From the NCBI GenBank assembly GCA_040954595.2, contig JBECUI020000024.1, positions 637,978 to 701,977 of the forward strand: a DNA stretch of 64,000 bases, written 5' to 3'. The DNA comes from Balanoglossus misakiensis. Taxonomy: Eukaryota; Animalia; Hemichordata. Below the pieces are notes generated by a model. It was not told the DNA's origin. It ran no database searches and saw only the letters and a list, made by a program, of their open reading frames with translations. Each line of letters opens with the position of its first letter. Within the stretch, counting starts at the first letter, position 1. This document shows, one piece after another, positions 52,101 to 64,000 of the stretch. A program made the translations under genes and the position numbers.

Positions 52101-55100
52101 TTTCAAATGAAGTTTGAAACTACTTACGAGTAAGTTAGTGGAGACAATATGGCGGATAGTTGGCGTGCAGCCGAATCCGCGTTATGACTATGACGTGACC
52201 CATTCATCAAGACAAACCGTAAATGATTCACGCATATTGTGGTCCTCACGCAGTCAATCTCAAAATGTCACCAGGCTTTCTATTTGTCTATTGTTCAGAG
52301 AAAAATAACGTGGCGGTTGATCACACTCAACAGTAAAATCCGTTTTGTGAGTTTATAGACAGTCTGTTATCGCCAATACTATATAGCGATTGCTAGATGG
52401 CTTACCCAATATGTGATCGAGCGAGAATGATAACATTGAATGTCTGTTCAGATCTCATTCCGTACGTCATACGTCAACATTTCGATTTCGATTTAATCCA
52501 TTCATAAAGAATTTAGAGAAAGTCGTCTTGAATTGTGACCCCGACTATCAATTTTACGATGATTTTTTGGCGACGGAATACACGAGACGCCATTGCATAA
52601 CTACGTCAGCTGGACTTCCAAGGTTACCATTTTGTGTGTATGGAATCTTATCACAGAGACTACGTACTTTGACAATATGCCATGCTATATCAATGACGCC
52701 CCAGAAAATTTGTCGAAAAATGAATTTGTCTTCTCATGGTGGTGCAATATATTTTAATGTCTATTTTGAGGTTGATTTTGGTTTTTGGCTAACATGTATA
52801 TCAATGTCAGCTTATAGCATAAGTTGGTGTCCGTCGTCTATGTATGTCTGTATGTGTGCCTCATACAGAATTATGTATTTTGCGAATGGATCAGTTTCGT
52901 CTAAATGTATTGATGTATGTATGTGTATGTCCATCAACATCAAAAACTTGAAACTACTGATATTTAGTGTGTACATAGAAATTGTTATTGCGAAAAAATG
53001 CATACTGGTATTAACTGGAAAAATGTTCAAGTAGTCAAAATTGAAAAACTTAATAACAGCGGATCAGATTCAGTTAAAAATTGGCGTGCATTGGTGTGCA
53101 AGTACTATGGGAAGACCTCGTATGATTTTGTTCAGGTGGAGTCAGTATCTGGCGTTTGCTATTTTTTATGAATTTTTGGGGGAATTTTCTGCAGTTTTGT
53201 TAAAAAAAATTCTTCTCTGAAATTACATGTCCAATTGATTGGAAACTTGGTATGGAGGTTCATAGGGCTTACCTGAATCACATTTGTGCAAACGGTGGTG
53301 AAATTTGCAAAAATGCATTTTTGGGCAATATTTCCTGTTTTTGTCAAAAAATCAAATCCCGTGAAACTGTAAGTGCAATTGTTTTGATACTTTGTATTTG
53401 GGTTTCTAGGGGTGATCTCAGTCAGATATGATCAAATTGTAAAGAAATTTGCATAATTGTATTTTTTGGGAATTCTGCAGGGTTTGGCCAAATAGTCTTC
53501 AGTAAAACCACAAGTCCAATTGATTGGAAACTTTGAATGGGAATTCATATATGTGATATCAGTCAGATTTGTCTGAATTACCTGTTGTTTGCCAAAATGT
53601 CTTCCTTATTGAAACTTGTTAAAGAGGTTCTTAGGCATGAACAGAAATCAGATTTGTTGAAATCTGGTGAAATATTCATACTTTTTGGTATATTTCTTGC
53701 CATTTTTGATCAACGAGTTTTAGAATTCCATAGACTTATCTTTTTATGCAGTTCAGGATGGGGTACATGACTCATAACCCCTTACAAAAATTGACAAGGC
53801 AACAATTCCATAAACATGTTTACATTTCACAATGGTGCAACACACAACCCTTACACCATATACACTATAAACCAAATTGGTTTAACACTGGTTTTTCTAA
53901 TCTTGTTATTCTGTCAACCAATCACAGTACTGCACGTGAGCATATTCAGTTAATATCTGGTTTGAAGTATATTTTTGGGGTGATTTTGGTCAAATACTCA
54001 AAAACCTCTACTCACAGTTCTTTGAAATTTGGTTTGCAGGTTCCTAGGTGTGTTATCACGACATTTTAACAAATCCTATGATGGAACTGTCAATATAGTT
54101 TTTGTGGACAATTTTTGCCATTTTTGTTTGATTGCTTTGCAATTTTTTGTTTTGCAGTTTCCAGGGGATTTTTTTACTGTGATATATCATAAATGTTCTG
54201 AAAATGAAAAAATTGTATTTTGGGGGCATAAAAAAAATTCTCAGAAAGTGCATGGTTGATCACTTTAAAAGTTTAGTTGTGAGTTAATGATATGTGCTTC
54301 TTTAGAATGATAATTGAATCAAATCATAGCTGAATTAGTTTTTTTGTTTATTTTGTTTGATATTTTTTCCTTATACCTCAAAAATTGTTATTATAAAAGG
54401 GAAATTACCATTACATAGTTGTTTGCAATTAAGGAGGACCCCCTCCCCCACTGAAAATCGTATACACCTTGATCTCTCTATGTCTGTATTCATGTCTGTA
54501 TGTATGTTTTACAAATGTATGCTCCCAATAAGAGTGAAATGATTTTTTTTATCGTAATACTTCTAAAGTGATTATTTCCTATGAGATGTGCAGACTTATT
54601 ACCTAATCGTTTCTGAAATTCTACCTCATGCTGTGTATGAAAAGTCTAATATATGTCATTGTCAAGATCCCCAAAACAGGCTGATATAGTATCACATAAC
54701 ATTTGATAAAAGTATCCCAAACAGTGTGGCAATTTTGGTATACAGAAAAAAACACTAGAATGACAACAGCTACATGTATGTAGGCTAGCAATAGGAACAC
54801 AGATAACAATTCTCCATATTCATTTTTAAATACGATAAGATTCGCTGAAATTGGCACATCTGTGTGCAGGCAAAGTCAGTTCCAACTCGGCTTGCAAATC
54901 GGACCAATGTCTCTTGTTCGCTGAGACTGTATGGTTCTAGTAATAGCTGTAAGAACTTGATCATTGACCAAACTCTTGGTTCAATTTTGCAACATTTTAT
55001 GATTTCAAGCTGTACATATTTAACTCCGTTTCAACTATAGTTGGAGGGATAACATTGGAGCCATTTCACTGACAAAATAGCGCTTAGGGACCATTCAGTT

Positions 55101-57342
55101 TTTACGGTGGGGGGAGGCTGGCAAAATCCAGGGGGTCACTTAAATTTTGAAATCCAAAAGAGGGAGTCATCTTTTTTTCAAACGTTTAGGGGGGAGGTCA
55201 TATACATGTACCCACCGATGCTAACTTTGAGTGGAGTAGCAACAGTAAAATTGGTCCTTTCAAACATTGAGATAATTTGCTTTTGACTTCATTAAAATGC
55301 AACTTTGAGCTACATATTTTACAAAGTTTTCTTATGTGGAAGGGGGACATCCCCTCCCACACCCATCCCCTTATTTCTTCGCCACATATAGTGTACCAGG
55401 GCAGAATACTTGGCATCCCACCCCCACTGATGTTAACTTTGAGTGGCAAAAGTCAAATTTGTCCTCCCCAACATTAAGTTAATTTGCCTTTGAGTTCATT
55501 AAAATGCATTAATTGTATTTTACAAAATTGTCCTACGTACACCCACCCCTTCCACTTTTCTTGTTTTACCAATTCTACCAACTATTGTATTGACGTGTCC
55601 TTTTAATTTATCCATAGACCTTCTTTATTGCAACGCTATACTATTATACACTTCAAATTATAAATTTCTTTAAGAAATTTAGAATTGAGGTGTGAGGAGA
55701 CCCTTTACCTTTATTGCATACAGTCAGTGTACATAAGATAAGGATGGCAAATGTTTTCGTGGTGGGAGGAGGGTCATCATATTTTGGTCCTGTCAAAGGG
55801 GGGGGGGGTCATCATTTTTTTGGTCCTGGTTGAAGGGGGTGTCGGCCTGATTTTGAAAACCAATGACACAAACTTTTGCCCCCCCCTCCACCAAAACTGA
55901 ACAGTCCCTTACTAAAGGACGTCAATGTCTGTTTACAGTCAAATGCATTGCCATCAGAAAAAAAAAATGCAAACAATTTCTTATGTTTGTAGTACGCACT
56001 TTTTGTATATCTGTAAACTGTGTCTCAGTTGTGAAATTCTAAGGAAATTTGTTCCTTGGGTAGAATAAAGGATTCTTAAACAAACTTAGTCACGAAAGCT
56101 AAATGGTTACCTCAGAGAAACTGTGTTAAATTTGGTCATCATTGTTTTAAATCACACAAGACATTCCCACAGCTAAGTTACTGCAGCAGTCAGTTTCAAC
56201 TCAGCTTGCAAATTGGGATCATGTCTTGTGTTCATCGAGACTGTCTGTAGTCGAGTTGACAGTCACTACAACTGTATTGCAAATATGGCAGGGTTGGGCA
56301 ACTCTTCTAATTTGCATTTGAACACCTTTTCTGTTTGCGTCAAAATGATGAATAATGTTTCGTTTTCAAGAATGCCTTAATATGGGCACCCAATACAAGA
56401 CAACTGCATTGCAAATGGCATTTTCATTCAACTCTCCTGGGTACCTAAAACAATTTCAACATGGTTGACATGGCAATATTAGACAACTGTTCTAATTTGC
56501 ATAATCCAAAATGGCCGCCAAATTTCTCTAACATGTTAATTTCCCATATTTGTTTTAAATGGTGTGTAATATCGAATTTGCAGGGTTTCCATTAATATGG
56601 GTACCTAAAACAATTTCAACATGGTTGACATGGCAATATTAGACAACTGCTCTAATTTGCATAATTCAAACACCTGCTGGATAATTTAACGTTTGCCATT
56701 CTTGTCCCATGATTGTATGTATTATATCTCATAACAGGCAATTAAGTGTGCTAATTGTCAAGCCAATCTTAATTCTTCATCTGCACCACAAATCAGATGC
56801 AAGGTTTAGGACTGGGAGTGTATGTGGGAGCAGCATATAGGGGCCTACAGGTATCTTTAATGGCAAGTCCTCGGTTAAAGCCAGAAGGTTTTCAGGTTGT
56901 AGGCCTCTATTGTATCTGCAACAGTTTCTATCACCTCCATCCCACTGGCCGGCACCCGAGGGGGGGGGGTACTTGAAATTTTTTCGGATGGTAGTCTGTC
57001 GCCCCAGTCGATAACATCAACACGTGTAAATGCCCAAAACCCGACCTATTTGTATTATAAGTCAAATTTTCTGGTCATTTACCCCAAGTTTTTCTTAAAG
57101 ACTACATACCTATACACCTTTGTATGGGAGAACACATCCCCCACCCCCCTGCCAACACTAATTGGACAACTTTATTCTTGTTATACTTCTTTATAAGTCT
57201 AAATGTTCAGTAAGACAAGGCAACAAGTTATTGAAGCTGCTGACCATGGAAACTATGATGAAGTATATTTTTTTCCTAGCTGTACATGTACAGTATAATT
57301 GGCCCAATGTACCAATTGGAGATGTGTGCCTTACAAGCAACA
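46189..57342 (-). repeat. right arm of the large inverted duplication (with private insertions at ~46510-46725, ~51590-53950, 55087-55908)
   Basis: See left arm. Confidence 0.92.
55087..55908. mobile_element. MITE with TTA target duplication (PIF/Harbinger-like), private to the right arm
   Basis: TTA|GGGACCATTCAGTTTT ... AAAACTGAACAGTCCC|TTA; absent at the matching left-arm site (~31705). Confidence 0.8.
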
Positions 57343-58713
57343 CAGGTTGTATATCCAAGCCTTGTCTGTTGGCACTATGAAGGGTATTGGAAGAATGTCT
57401 CTGCTGGCCACTTTGGCCAGCCACTTTTGGCCAGCAGACTATCAAAAGGGTCAAGAAAATAGCCCTAAAAGGTATGGCACTGTATGCAAATCTAGTGCAG
57501 GAGTGGATTGATACATTTCCCATCACTGTACATGCATCATCCTGTATGGATGATATGTACTCTAGCATTATGCACCAGATAAAAATGGTCAAAATTGCAA
57601 AAAAAGGAGATGAAACTCCCACTGGCCTTTAACGCAATCCATAGATAAAGAGACAACATGTTCAGGCATTGGATCTAAACATGGTGGATACTGACGAGGG
57701 TGTGGTGAATGATGGTGAATCCCTGGATGTTTTGAAGTCGGAATTCTGAAAAGGATTCCCATCGTGAGATTGAGGAACAGGATGATGCAGAGGGGCTGGC
57801 TCTTTGTGACTCCTATCAGTGGGGATAGACATATATTTGGGATACAGAGGTTGCACTTCCTTGCTTCATGATTAGTACGGTAACACTGCCAAATTTGCAA
57901 CACAGTTGTATTGTTTAAGGTACCCATATGAATGTGCTAATCCTGAAAATACGATATTGCGCATCATTTTGGGAAACATGGCAAAATTTCACTTTTAGTG
58001 GTGATTGGCGGCCATTTTTGATTATGCAAAATAGAAAAGTTGCCAAACACTGCCATATTTGCAATACATAACCAATATGGATGCAAATCCTGAAATTTTA
58101 GATATTACACATAATTTTGAGAAAAAAGGGCCAAGTTTTATTTTAGAGAAGGTATTTGGCGGCCATTTTTGATCATGCATATTAGAAGAATTGTCCAACA
58201 TTGCAATTTTGGCAACTCAGCTGGAATAGGTCTAGACTCCCATATGAATGCCAATAAGCAAAAAACTTCATAGGAAAGAAAATTTCTAGGTAGGAAAATT
58301 TTGACTCAACTTCTGGTTCTAATAATAGGTGTAAGGATGTGATCGTTTGATTTTGCAACATTTTACAATTTCAAGCTGTGTGTATTTAACTCTGGTGCAA
58401 TTCTGGTTGGAGAGACAAATGGCTTAAGCCATTTAATTGAAAATATAGCACTACTTCACCAGGGTTGTGCAGTACCTTTGACAACGCTTTGAACAATGTT
58501 GCAAAAAGCTTTGTGTTGAAGCTTGCTACAAGACTTGGCGTGCTGAAGCCTCTTATACTAGTCTTAGTTGAACCTCAGCTGTAACTACGTTTGTGAAACC
58601 TTAACATTCAAATCTTTGGCCAAAGTTAGTGTTGCAAAGCTTCTTCAAAGTTTTGTGAACCTCAACAATGCTTTTCTATAGAAACCTTTAAACATGCGGG
58701 GGGGGGGGGGGGG

Positions 58714-58917
58714 TGTAGTATTCTGACAGCTACGATCAATATAGCGCCCTCTAGTGTTGCATTGTTGGTGTTCCACTTGTTTATGAATTGCTGTACGACG
58801 TCACTTCCGCCCAGATAAGGCGAAGCACATTGTTGAGTCTTTTCAGCCGATCAATAAATAGGTTGTTGTTATACCTTATGATCGCATTATTATTCCCATG
58901 TTGATGGAAACATAACA
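58714..58917 (+). repeat. 5' LTR (204 bp)
   Basis: TGTAGTA...CATAACA termini, AATAAA at ~58853, directly followed by the PBS. Confidence 0.85.
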
Positions 58918-58931
58918 TGGTGGCAGCGGTG
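58918..58931 (+). promoter_or_regulatory. primer-binding site, tRNA-Leu type
   Basis: TGGTGGCAGCGGTG is complementary to the 3' end CACCGCTGCCA-CCA of animal tRNA-Leu(AAG/TAG). Confidence 0.8.
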
Positions 58932-59027
58932 AACGTGAGTGATCAGATGTAAGCAGACTTTACACAGTATCGACTACACAAGACACCAAAACTACAGAAG
59001 AAAAGATCATCGAACTGACCTGACAAG

Positions 59028-61404
59028 ATGGCGGCCGCACTACAAACGCCCTTCACAGCCCCAAAGATGGAATGGGACGCGCCAGATCTAGCACTAGCCT
59101 TCAGTCGTTTTCGTCAAAAATGTGAGTTAACATTTAAGACAGCACTTAAAGATGCTAACGATGAAGAGAAAGCTAGCTACATATTCTATGGTCCGGTGAA
59201 CCAGGTCTTGACAAATACAACAGTTGGTCGTTTGAAAATGAAGACCAGCGGAAAGTCCCCACAGTACTATTCGACAAATTTTCCGAACACTTAGAGCCGA
59301 AGTCGAATCATCGCATACATAGATACCAATTCCAAGATATGAGACAAGACCCTGGAGAACCAGTTGATGATTTCTTTTCGAAATTGAAAAATGAAGCCGC
59401 CAAATGCAAATTTGGGGATACAAAAGAACAGGAAGCAAGACTCGTAGATCAGTTGATATGGGGGATCTGTCACCAAGAAATACAGAAGAAACTTATTGGG
59501 CGTGATGAGAAACTGACCTTGAAGGAGGCGCTCGATATAGCTAGAGGTCACGAAGCCACAACAAAACACATGAAAACGCTCACAAATTGCCATATTGCTA
59601 ATCCTGTGGATAGCAAAGCTGTCAACGCAGTAAAAAGGCAGCCCAACAAGACACACCCCAAACAATGTAAGCATTTCGGAAAAAAGCATGACACCTCAGT
59701 GAAAAGTAACTGCCCAGCATATGGCTCGAAATGCCGAAATTGTGGGAAACCTAATCACTGGCAGGCGGTATGCCGTTCCAAAACCAGCTCAAGCGAACCG
59801 AAGTCACAGCAGAGACGAGGTGGAAAACCAATCCATAATGTGACACGCTCGAGCAGCAACATGCATCAAATAGATGATGAAGTCCTAGATGTTGGAACTA
59901 TCGAAATAAATGCATTGGACAACATCAACAGACAAGAAGAAATATACACGAAACTGACAATCACACAGAGCGAAAAGAAAAGGAAAGTAGCACTGAGATG
60001 CAAGATTGATACCGGTGCACAGGGCAATATACTGCCCCTCTGCCTTTTCAAGATCATATTTCCAGAGAAACTGGATAAACACGGAAATCCAAAACGCGGG
60101 CACTTGAAGGAAAATAAAACAATCCTTACCGCATATGGAGGTTCCAAAATCAAACAGCTTGGCACCATCGTCATTCCATGTGAACATAGAGAGAGGAAAA
60201 TCAGATGCCTCTTCTATGTAACTGACGCCGCAGGCCCAGCCATTTTAGGGTTAAAGGCAAGCAGAGCCTTAAACCTGATACAAATAAACTGTTCAGTAGA
60301 AGCCATACAAGTGCAGGCGAGCCCAGAGTGCAAGACAGCACAGCCTGGAAGAAATGTGGAAGTGGAAAAGAGAAAGATGAACGAACAGAAGCCAGCAGGA
60401 AGAAACAGAAACCCTGCAGATGACTACATAGACAGTAATACACCCATCAGGGACCGCCCTCCCATAAAGAACAAAGAACAGTTGCTGAGGATGTACCCTG
60501 ATTGCTTTGACGACGTGGTCGGATGTTTTGAAAACTACACATACCACATCACTCTTGATCCAGAAGTACAACCAGTAGTACACCCTGCCCGCAGAGTTCC
60601 ATTAGAACTAATGGATAGACTCAAAACCGAGCTGCAGGAGATGGAAGATAAGCAAATCATCGCCAAAGTGAACCAGCCTACGAACTGGGTCAATTCTCTT
60701 GTTGTCCGGGAGAAAGACAATGGAAGACTTCGCATTTGTCTGGACCCGAAGGACTTGAACAAAGCCATTAAAAGGGATCATTACTCTACACCCACATTGG
60801 AGGAGATTACCCCAAAGTTGGCAGGCGCAACACTTTTCAGCAAGCTAGACGCGCGGAACGGATACTGGAATGTAAAGATCGATGAAGAATCATCCTTCCT
60901 GACGACCTTTAACACACCATATGGCCGTTACAGATTCCTACGAATGCCATTTGGGCTAAGGATGAGCCAAGATGTGTTTCAATTCAAAATTGATGAAACA
61001 TACAGAGAGTGTGAAGGTGCAGTCGGCATTGCAGACGATATACAAGTCTTAGGATCAGGAGAGCGACACCATGACCTGCATCTACACGAAGCCATGGAAC
61101 GAACCAGGAAAGCAGGCATTAAACTGAACAAAGAGAAATGCTACATCAAGACAAAAGAATGTAGTTTCTTTGGCATGTTATACACAGAAGACGGAGTTAA
61201 ACCCAACCCAGAAAAGGTCAAGGCGATAGAGATGATGCGTCCGCCTAGAGACAAGACCGAACTGCGCACATTCCTCGGAATGGTGAACTACATGGGTTCA
61301 TTCATACCCAGATTAGCTGAACACACAGCACCACTGAGAGAGCTCATCAGAGACGACACTGAGTTTGAGTGGTCTCCGACACACACAAAGTCTTTCAATA
61401 TGAT
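59028..61404 (+). pseudogene. gag-pol: gag-pol polyprotein, Gag-protease-RT part (1-nt frameshift near 59185; truncated by insertion at 61405)
   Basis: ATG 59028; YI[L]LWSG restored by adding one base; CRNCGKPNHWQAVC knuckle; KIDTGAQGNILP; LRICLDPKDLNKAI, RMPFGL, GIADD. Confidence 0.9.
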
Positions 61405-62191
61405 GCAAGATTGATACCGGTGCACAGGGCAATATACTGCCCCTCTGCCTTTTCAAGATCATATTTCCAGAGAAACTGGATAAACACGGAAATCCAAAAC
61501 GCGGGCACTTGAAGGAAAATAAAACAATCCTTACCGCATATGGAGGTTCCAAAATCAAACAGCTTGGCACCATCGTCATTCCATGTGAACATAGAGAGAG
61601 GAAAATCAGATGCCTCTTCTATGTAACTGACGCCGCAGGCCCAGCCATTTTAGGGTTAAAGGCAAGCAGAGCCTTAAACCTGATACAAATAAACTGTTCA
61701 GTAGAAGCCATACAAGTGCAGGCGAGCCCAGAGTGCAAGACAGCACAGCCTGGAAGAAATGTGGAAGTGGATCAGGAGAGCGACACCATGACCTGCATCT
61801 ACACGAAGCCATGGAACGAACCAGGAAAGCAGGCATTAAACTGAACAAAGAGAAATGCTACATCAAGACAAAAGAATGTAGTTTCTTTGGCATGTTATAC
61901 ACAGAAGACGGAGTTAAACCCAACCCAGAAAAGGTCAAGGCGATAGAGATGATGCGTCCGCCTAGAGACAAGACCGAACTGCGCACATTCCTCGGAATGG
62001 TGAACTACATGGGTTCATTCATACCCAGATTAGCTGAACACACAGCACCACTGAGAGAGCTCATCAGAGACGACACTGAGTTTGAGTGGTCTCCGACACA
62101 CACAAAGTCTTTCAATATGATGCAAGATTGATACCGGTGCACAGGGCAATATACTGCCCCTCTGCCTTTTCAAGATCATATTTCCAGAGAT

Positions 62192-63970
62192 ATGATCAAG
62201 GACCTGATCAGCACAAAGACTACACTTGCTTACTACGACCGTAAGAAGCCTGTCACTCTACAAGTCGACGCATCGGGAAAGGGAATCGGAGCGGTGCTCA
62301 TACAGGAACAGAGACCTATAGCATTTGCGTCCAAGGCCCTGACACCAGCGGAAACCCGATACGCCAATATAGAAAGAGAACTACTCGCGGTAGTCTACGG
62401 ATGTGAGAAGTTTCGCACATATCTCTACGGCAGAAGTTTCATAGTAGAGAGTGATCATCGACCGTTGGAGCAAATTCAGAGGAAGAATTTGACCAAGGCA
62501 CCACCCCGATTACAGAGAATGCTGTTGCGCATACAGCCGTATGATTTCACCATACACTACAAGCCAAGCAAACAGATGATACTTGCCGACGCACTATCTA
62601 GACTGTCACCACAAGATCAGAACGAAATCAGTGACATGAAAGTCCAGATACACCACCTGGTAAAGATCACACCAATGAGACAGATGGAGATCAAAGAAGA
62701 AACTACCAAAGATGAAATTCTTCAATTATTGATCCAGCAAGTCCTGAAAGGATGGCCAGATAGCATCAAGGACATTCACGCTGATATTCGACCCTACTGG
62801 TCTATTCGAGACGATATCGCTATCGAAGATGGTATTATCCTGATAGGCAGCCGACTCCTCATACCAGCAGTAATGAGAGATGAAATGCTACAACGCATTC
62901 ATAGCAGTCACCTGGGGATCGAGAAATGCAAGCTGAGAGCCAGATCCAGCGTGTACTGGCCTGGAATTTGTAAAGATATAGAGAGACTAGTAACAGGATG
63001 CAACGCGTGCCAGAAATTCCAGAATTCCCAGCAGAAGGAACCGATGATTCCAATGGAAATTCCACCACGACTGTGGCACACAATTGGAGCAGACCTATTC
63101 TACGTGAACCAAACATGGTACATGATAGTTGCTGACTACTACTCCAAGTTCCCCTTCATTAGGAAACTTGAAGACCTCAGAGCCAGTACCATTATGAGAG
63201 CCCTCCGAATTCTATTTGCAGAGCAAGGAATACCCGAGAAACTAGTTTGTGACAACGGATCTCAGTTTACAGCTAGAGACTTCCACAGCCTAACTGAGAA
63301 GTATGGTTTTGCGATAGTCACATCATCACCATACTATCCCAAAGGGCACGGTTTTATCAAGCGACATGTACAGACCGTGAAGAACATCCTGATGAAGTGC
63401 AAAGAGTCCGGAGATGATCCGAATCTAGCATTGTTGGCACTTCGCGCGACTCCATTGAAGTCCAACATACCATCACCAGCTGAGTTGCTGAACAGCAGAG
63501 CATACAAGACAACTCTCCCAGCCAAAATTCACCCAGCAAGAAACGGGGAGGAAGTTCGTCAATACCTGACATCTCAACAGCAGGCCCAGACTTCCAGCCA
63601 TGACCAGCACTCCAGACAACTACCAGAATTGCTGACAGGTCAACAAGTCCATGTACAAAACCCAATCAGCAAAACATGGAGTCCAGCGAGAGTTGTAGCC
63701 CCAGCAAACACACCTAGGTCCTACACCGTGAAGTTAGACAACGGGAAACAAATGCGACGCAACAGGATCCACCTGAAACCAGTCAGCGCAGAACTGAAAC
63801 CAGCACAGACAGGGATGGATCAACACAATATTGCACCAGCAGTCACAGAGGGAACACCGCCTCAACAACCCGCAACGCCAGCGTCACCAGCCCAAGAATC
63901 GTTGAGATCAACACGAACCAGAACAAATATACAAAAGCCGTCTCGATACAAAGATTATGTGACTGATTGA
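62192..63970 (+). CDS. pol: pol C-terminal part: RNase H and integrase (catalytic E replaced by K)
   Basis: LQVDASGKGIGAVL, YANIERELLAVV, SDHRPL; H..HLG..C..C zinc finger; GADLF, CDNG, GHGFIKRHVQTVK; same frame as 59339-61404. Confidence 0.9.
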   Translation: MIKDLISTKTTLAYYDRKKPVTLQVDASGKGIGAVLIQEQRPIAFASKALTPAETRYANIERELLAVVYGCEKFRTYLYGRSFIVESDHRPLEQIQRKNLTKAPPRLQRMLLRIQPYDFTIHYKPSKQMILADALSRLSPQDQNEISDMKVQIHHLVKITPMRQMEIKEETTKDEILQLLIQQVLKGWPDSIKDIHADIRPYWSIRDDIAIEDGIILIGSRLLIPAVMRDEMLQRIHSSHLGIEKCKLRARSSVYWPGICKDIERLVTGCNACQKFQNSQQKEPMIPMEIPPRLWHTIGADLFYVNQTWYMIVADYYSKFPFIRKLEDLRASTIMRALRILFAEQGIPEKLVCDNGSQFTARDFHSLTEKYGFAIVTSSPYYPKGHGFIKRHVQTVKNILMKCKESGDDPNLALLALRATPLKSNIPSPAELLNSRAYKTTLPAKIHPARNGEEVRQYLTSQQQAQTSSHDQHSRQLPELLTGQQVHVQNPISKTWSPARVVAPANTPRSYTVKLDNGKQMRRNRIHLKPVSAELKPAQTGMDQHNIAPAVTEGTPPQQPATPASPAQESLRSTRTRTNIQKPSRYKDYVTD

Positions 63971-64000
63971 TAGCTTTTTCTGATATTGAGATACGCCATT

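Larger units (their letters stand above)
58714..64000 (+). mobile_element. Ty3/Gypsy LTR retrotransposon, Mag-like clade; 3' LTR beyond window
   Basis: LTR, PBS, gag with tandem Zn knuckles, protease DTG, RT, RNase H, integrase in PR-RT-RH-IN order. Confidence 0.96.

Noticed and set aside
59866-63665. Antisense ORFs inside the Gypsy element
   Set aside because: Shadow frames of gag-pol; duplicated ones arise from the internal templated insertion.

Overview
AT-rich, repeat-dense eukaryotic (animal, probably marine invertebrate) genomic DNA; not prokaryotic, no CRISPR. Main content: (1) the 3' part of a multi-exon plus-strand gene (15 exons, 11960-21054) for an SVEP1/Uninflatable-like single-pass membrane protein (pentraxin/LamG, HYR, sushi, SEA-like with RRKR, 4 Cys-rich ephrin-receptor-like repeats, 2 EGF, TM, NPxY tail), with one broken splice acceptor; (2) LINE fragments, many MITE/foldback elements, two tRNA-derived heads, an RPA-like OB-fold pseudo-ORF; (3) a 2.9-kb 86/82-bp satellite; (4) a ~27.5-kb diverged inverted duplication (arms 29835-39887 and 46189-57342) around a 6.3-kb spacer with gene remnants, each arm holding an unusually conserved, IR-bracketed core with two covarying hairpin motifs; (5) a Mag-like Ty3/Gypsy LTR retrotransposon (58714 to window end) inactivated by a frameshift, an integrase E->K change and a 792-bp multi-junction templated insertion. 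All coordinates and similarities were read by eye; no alignment or database search was run.
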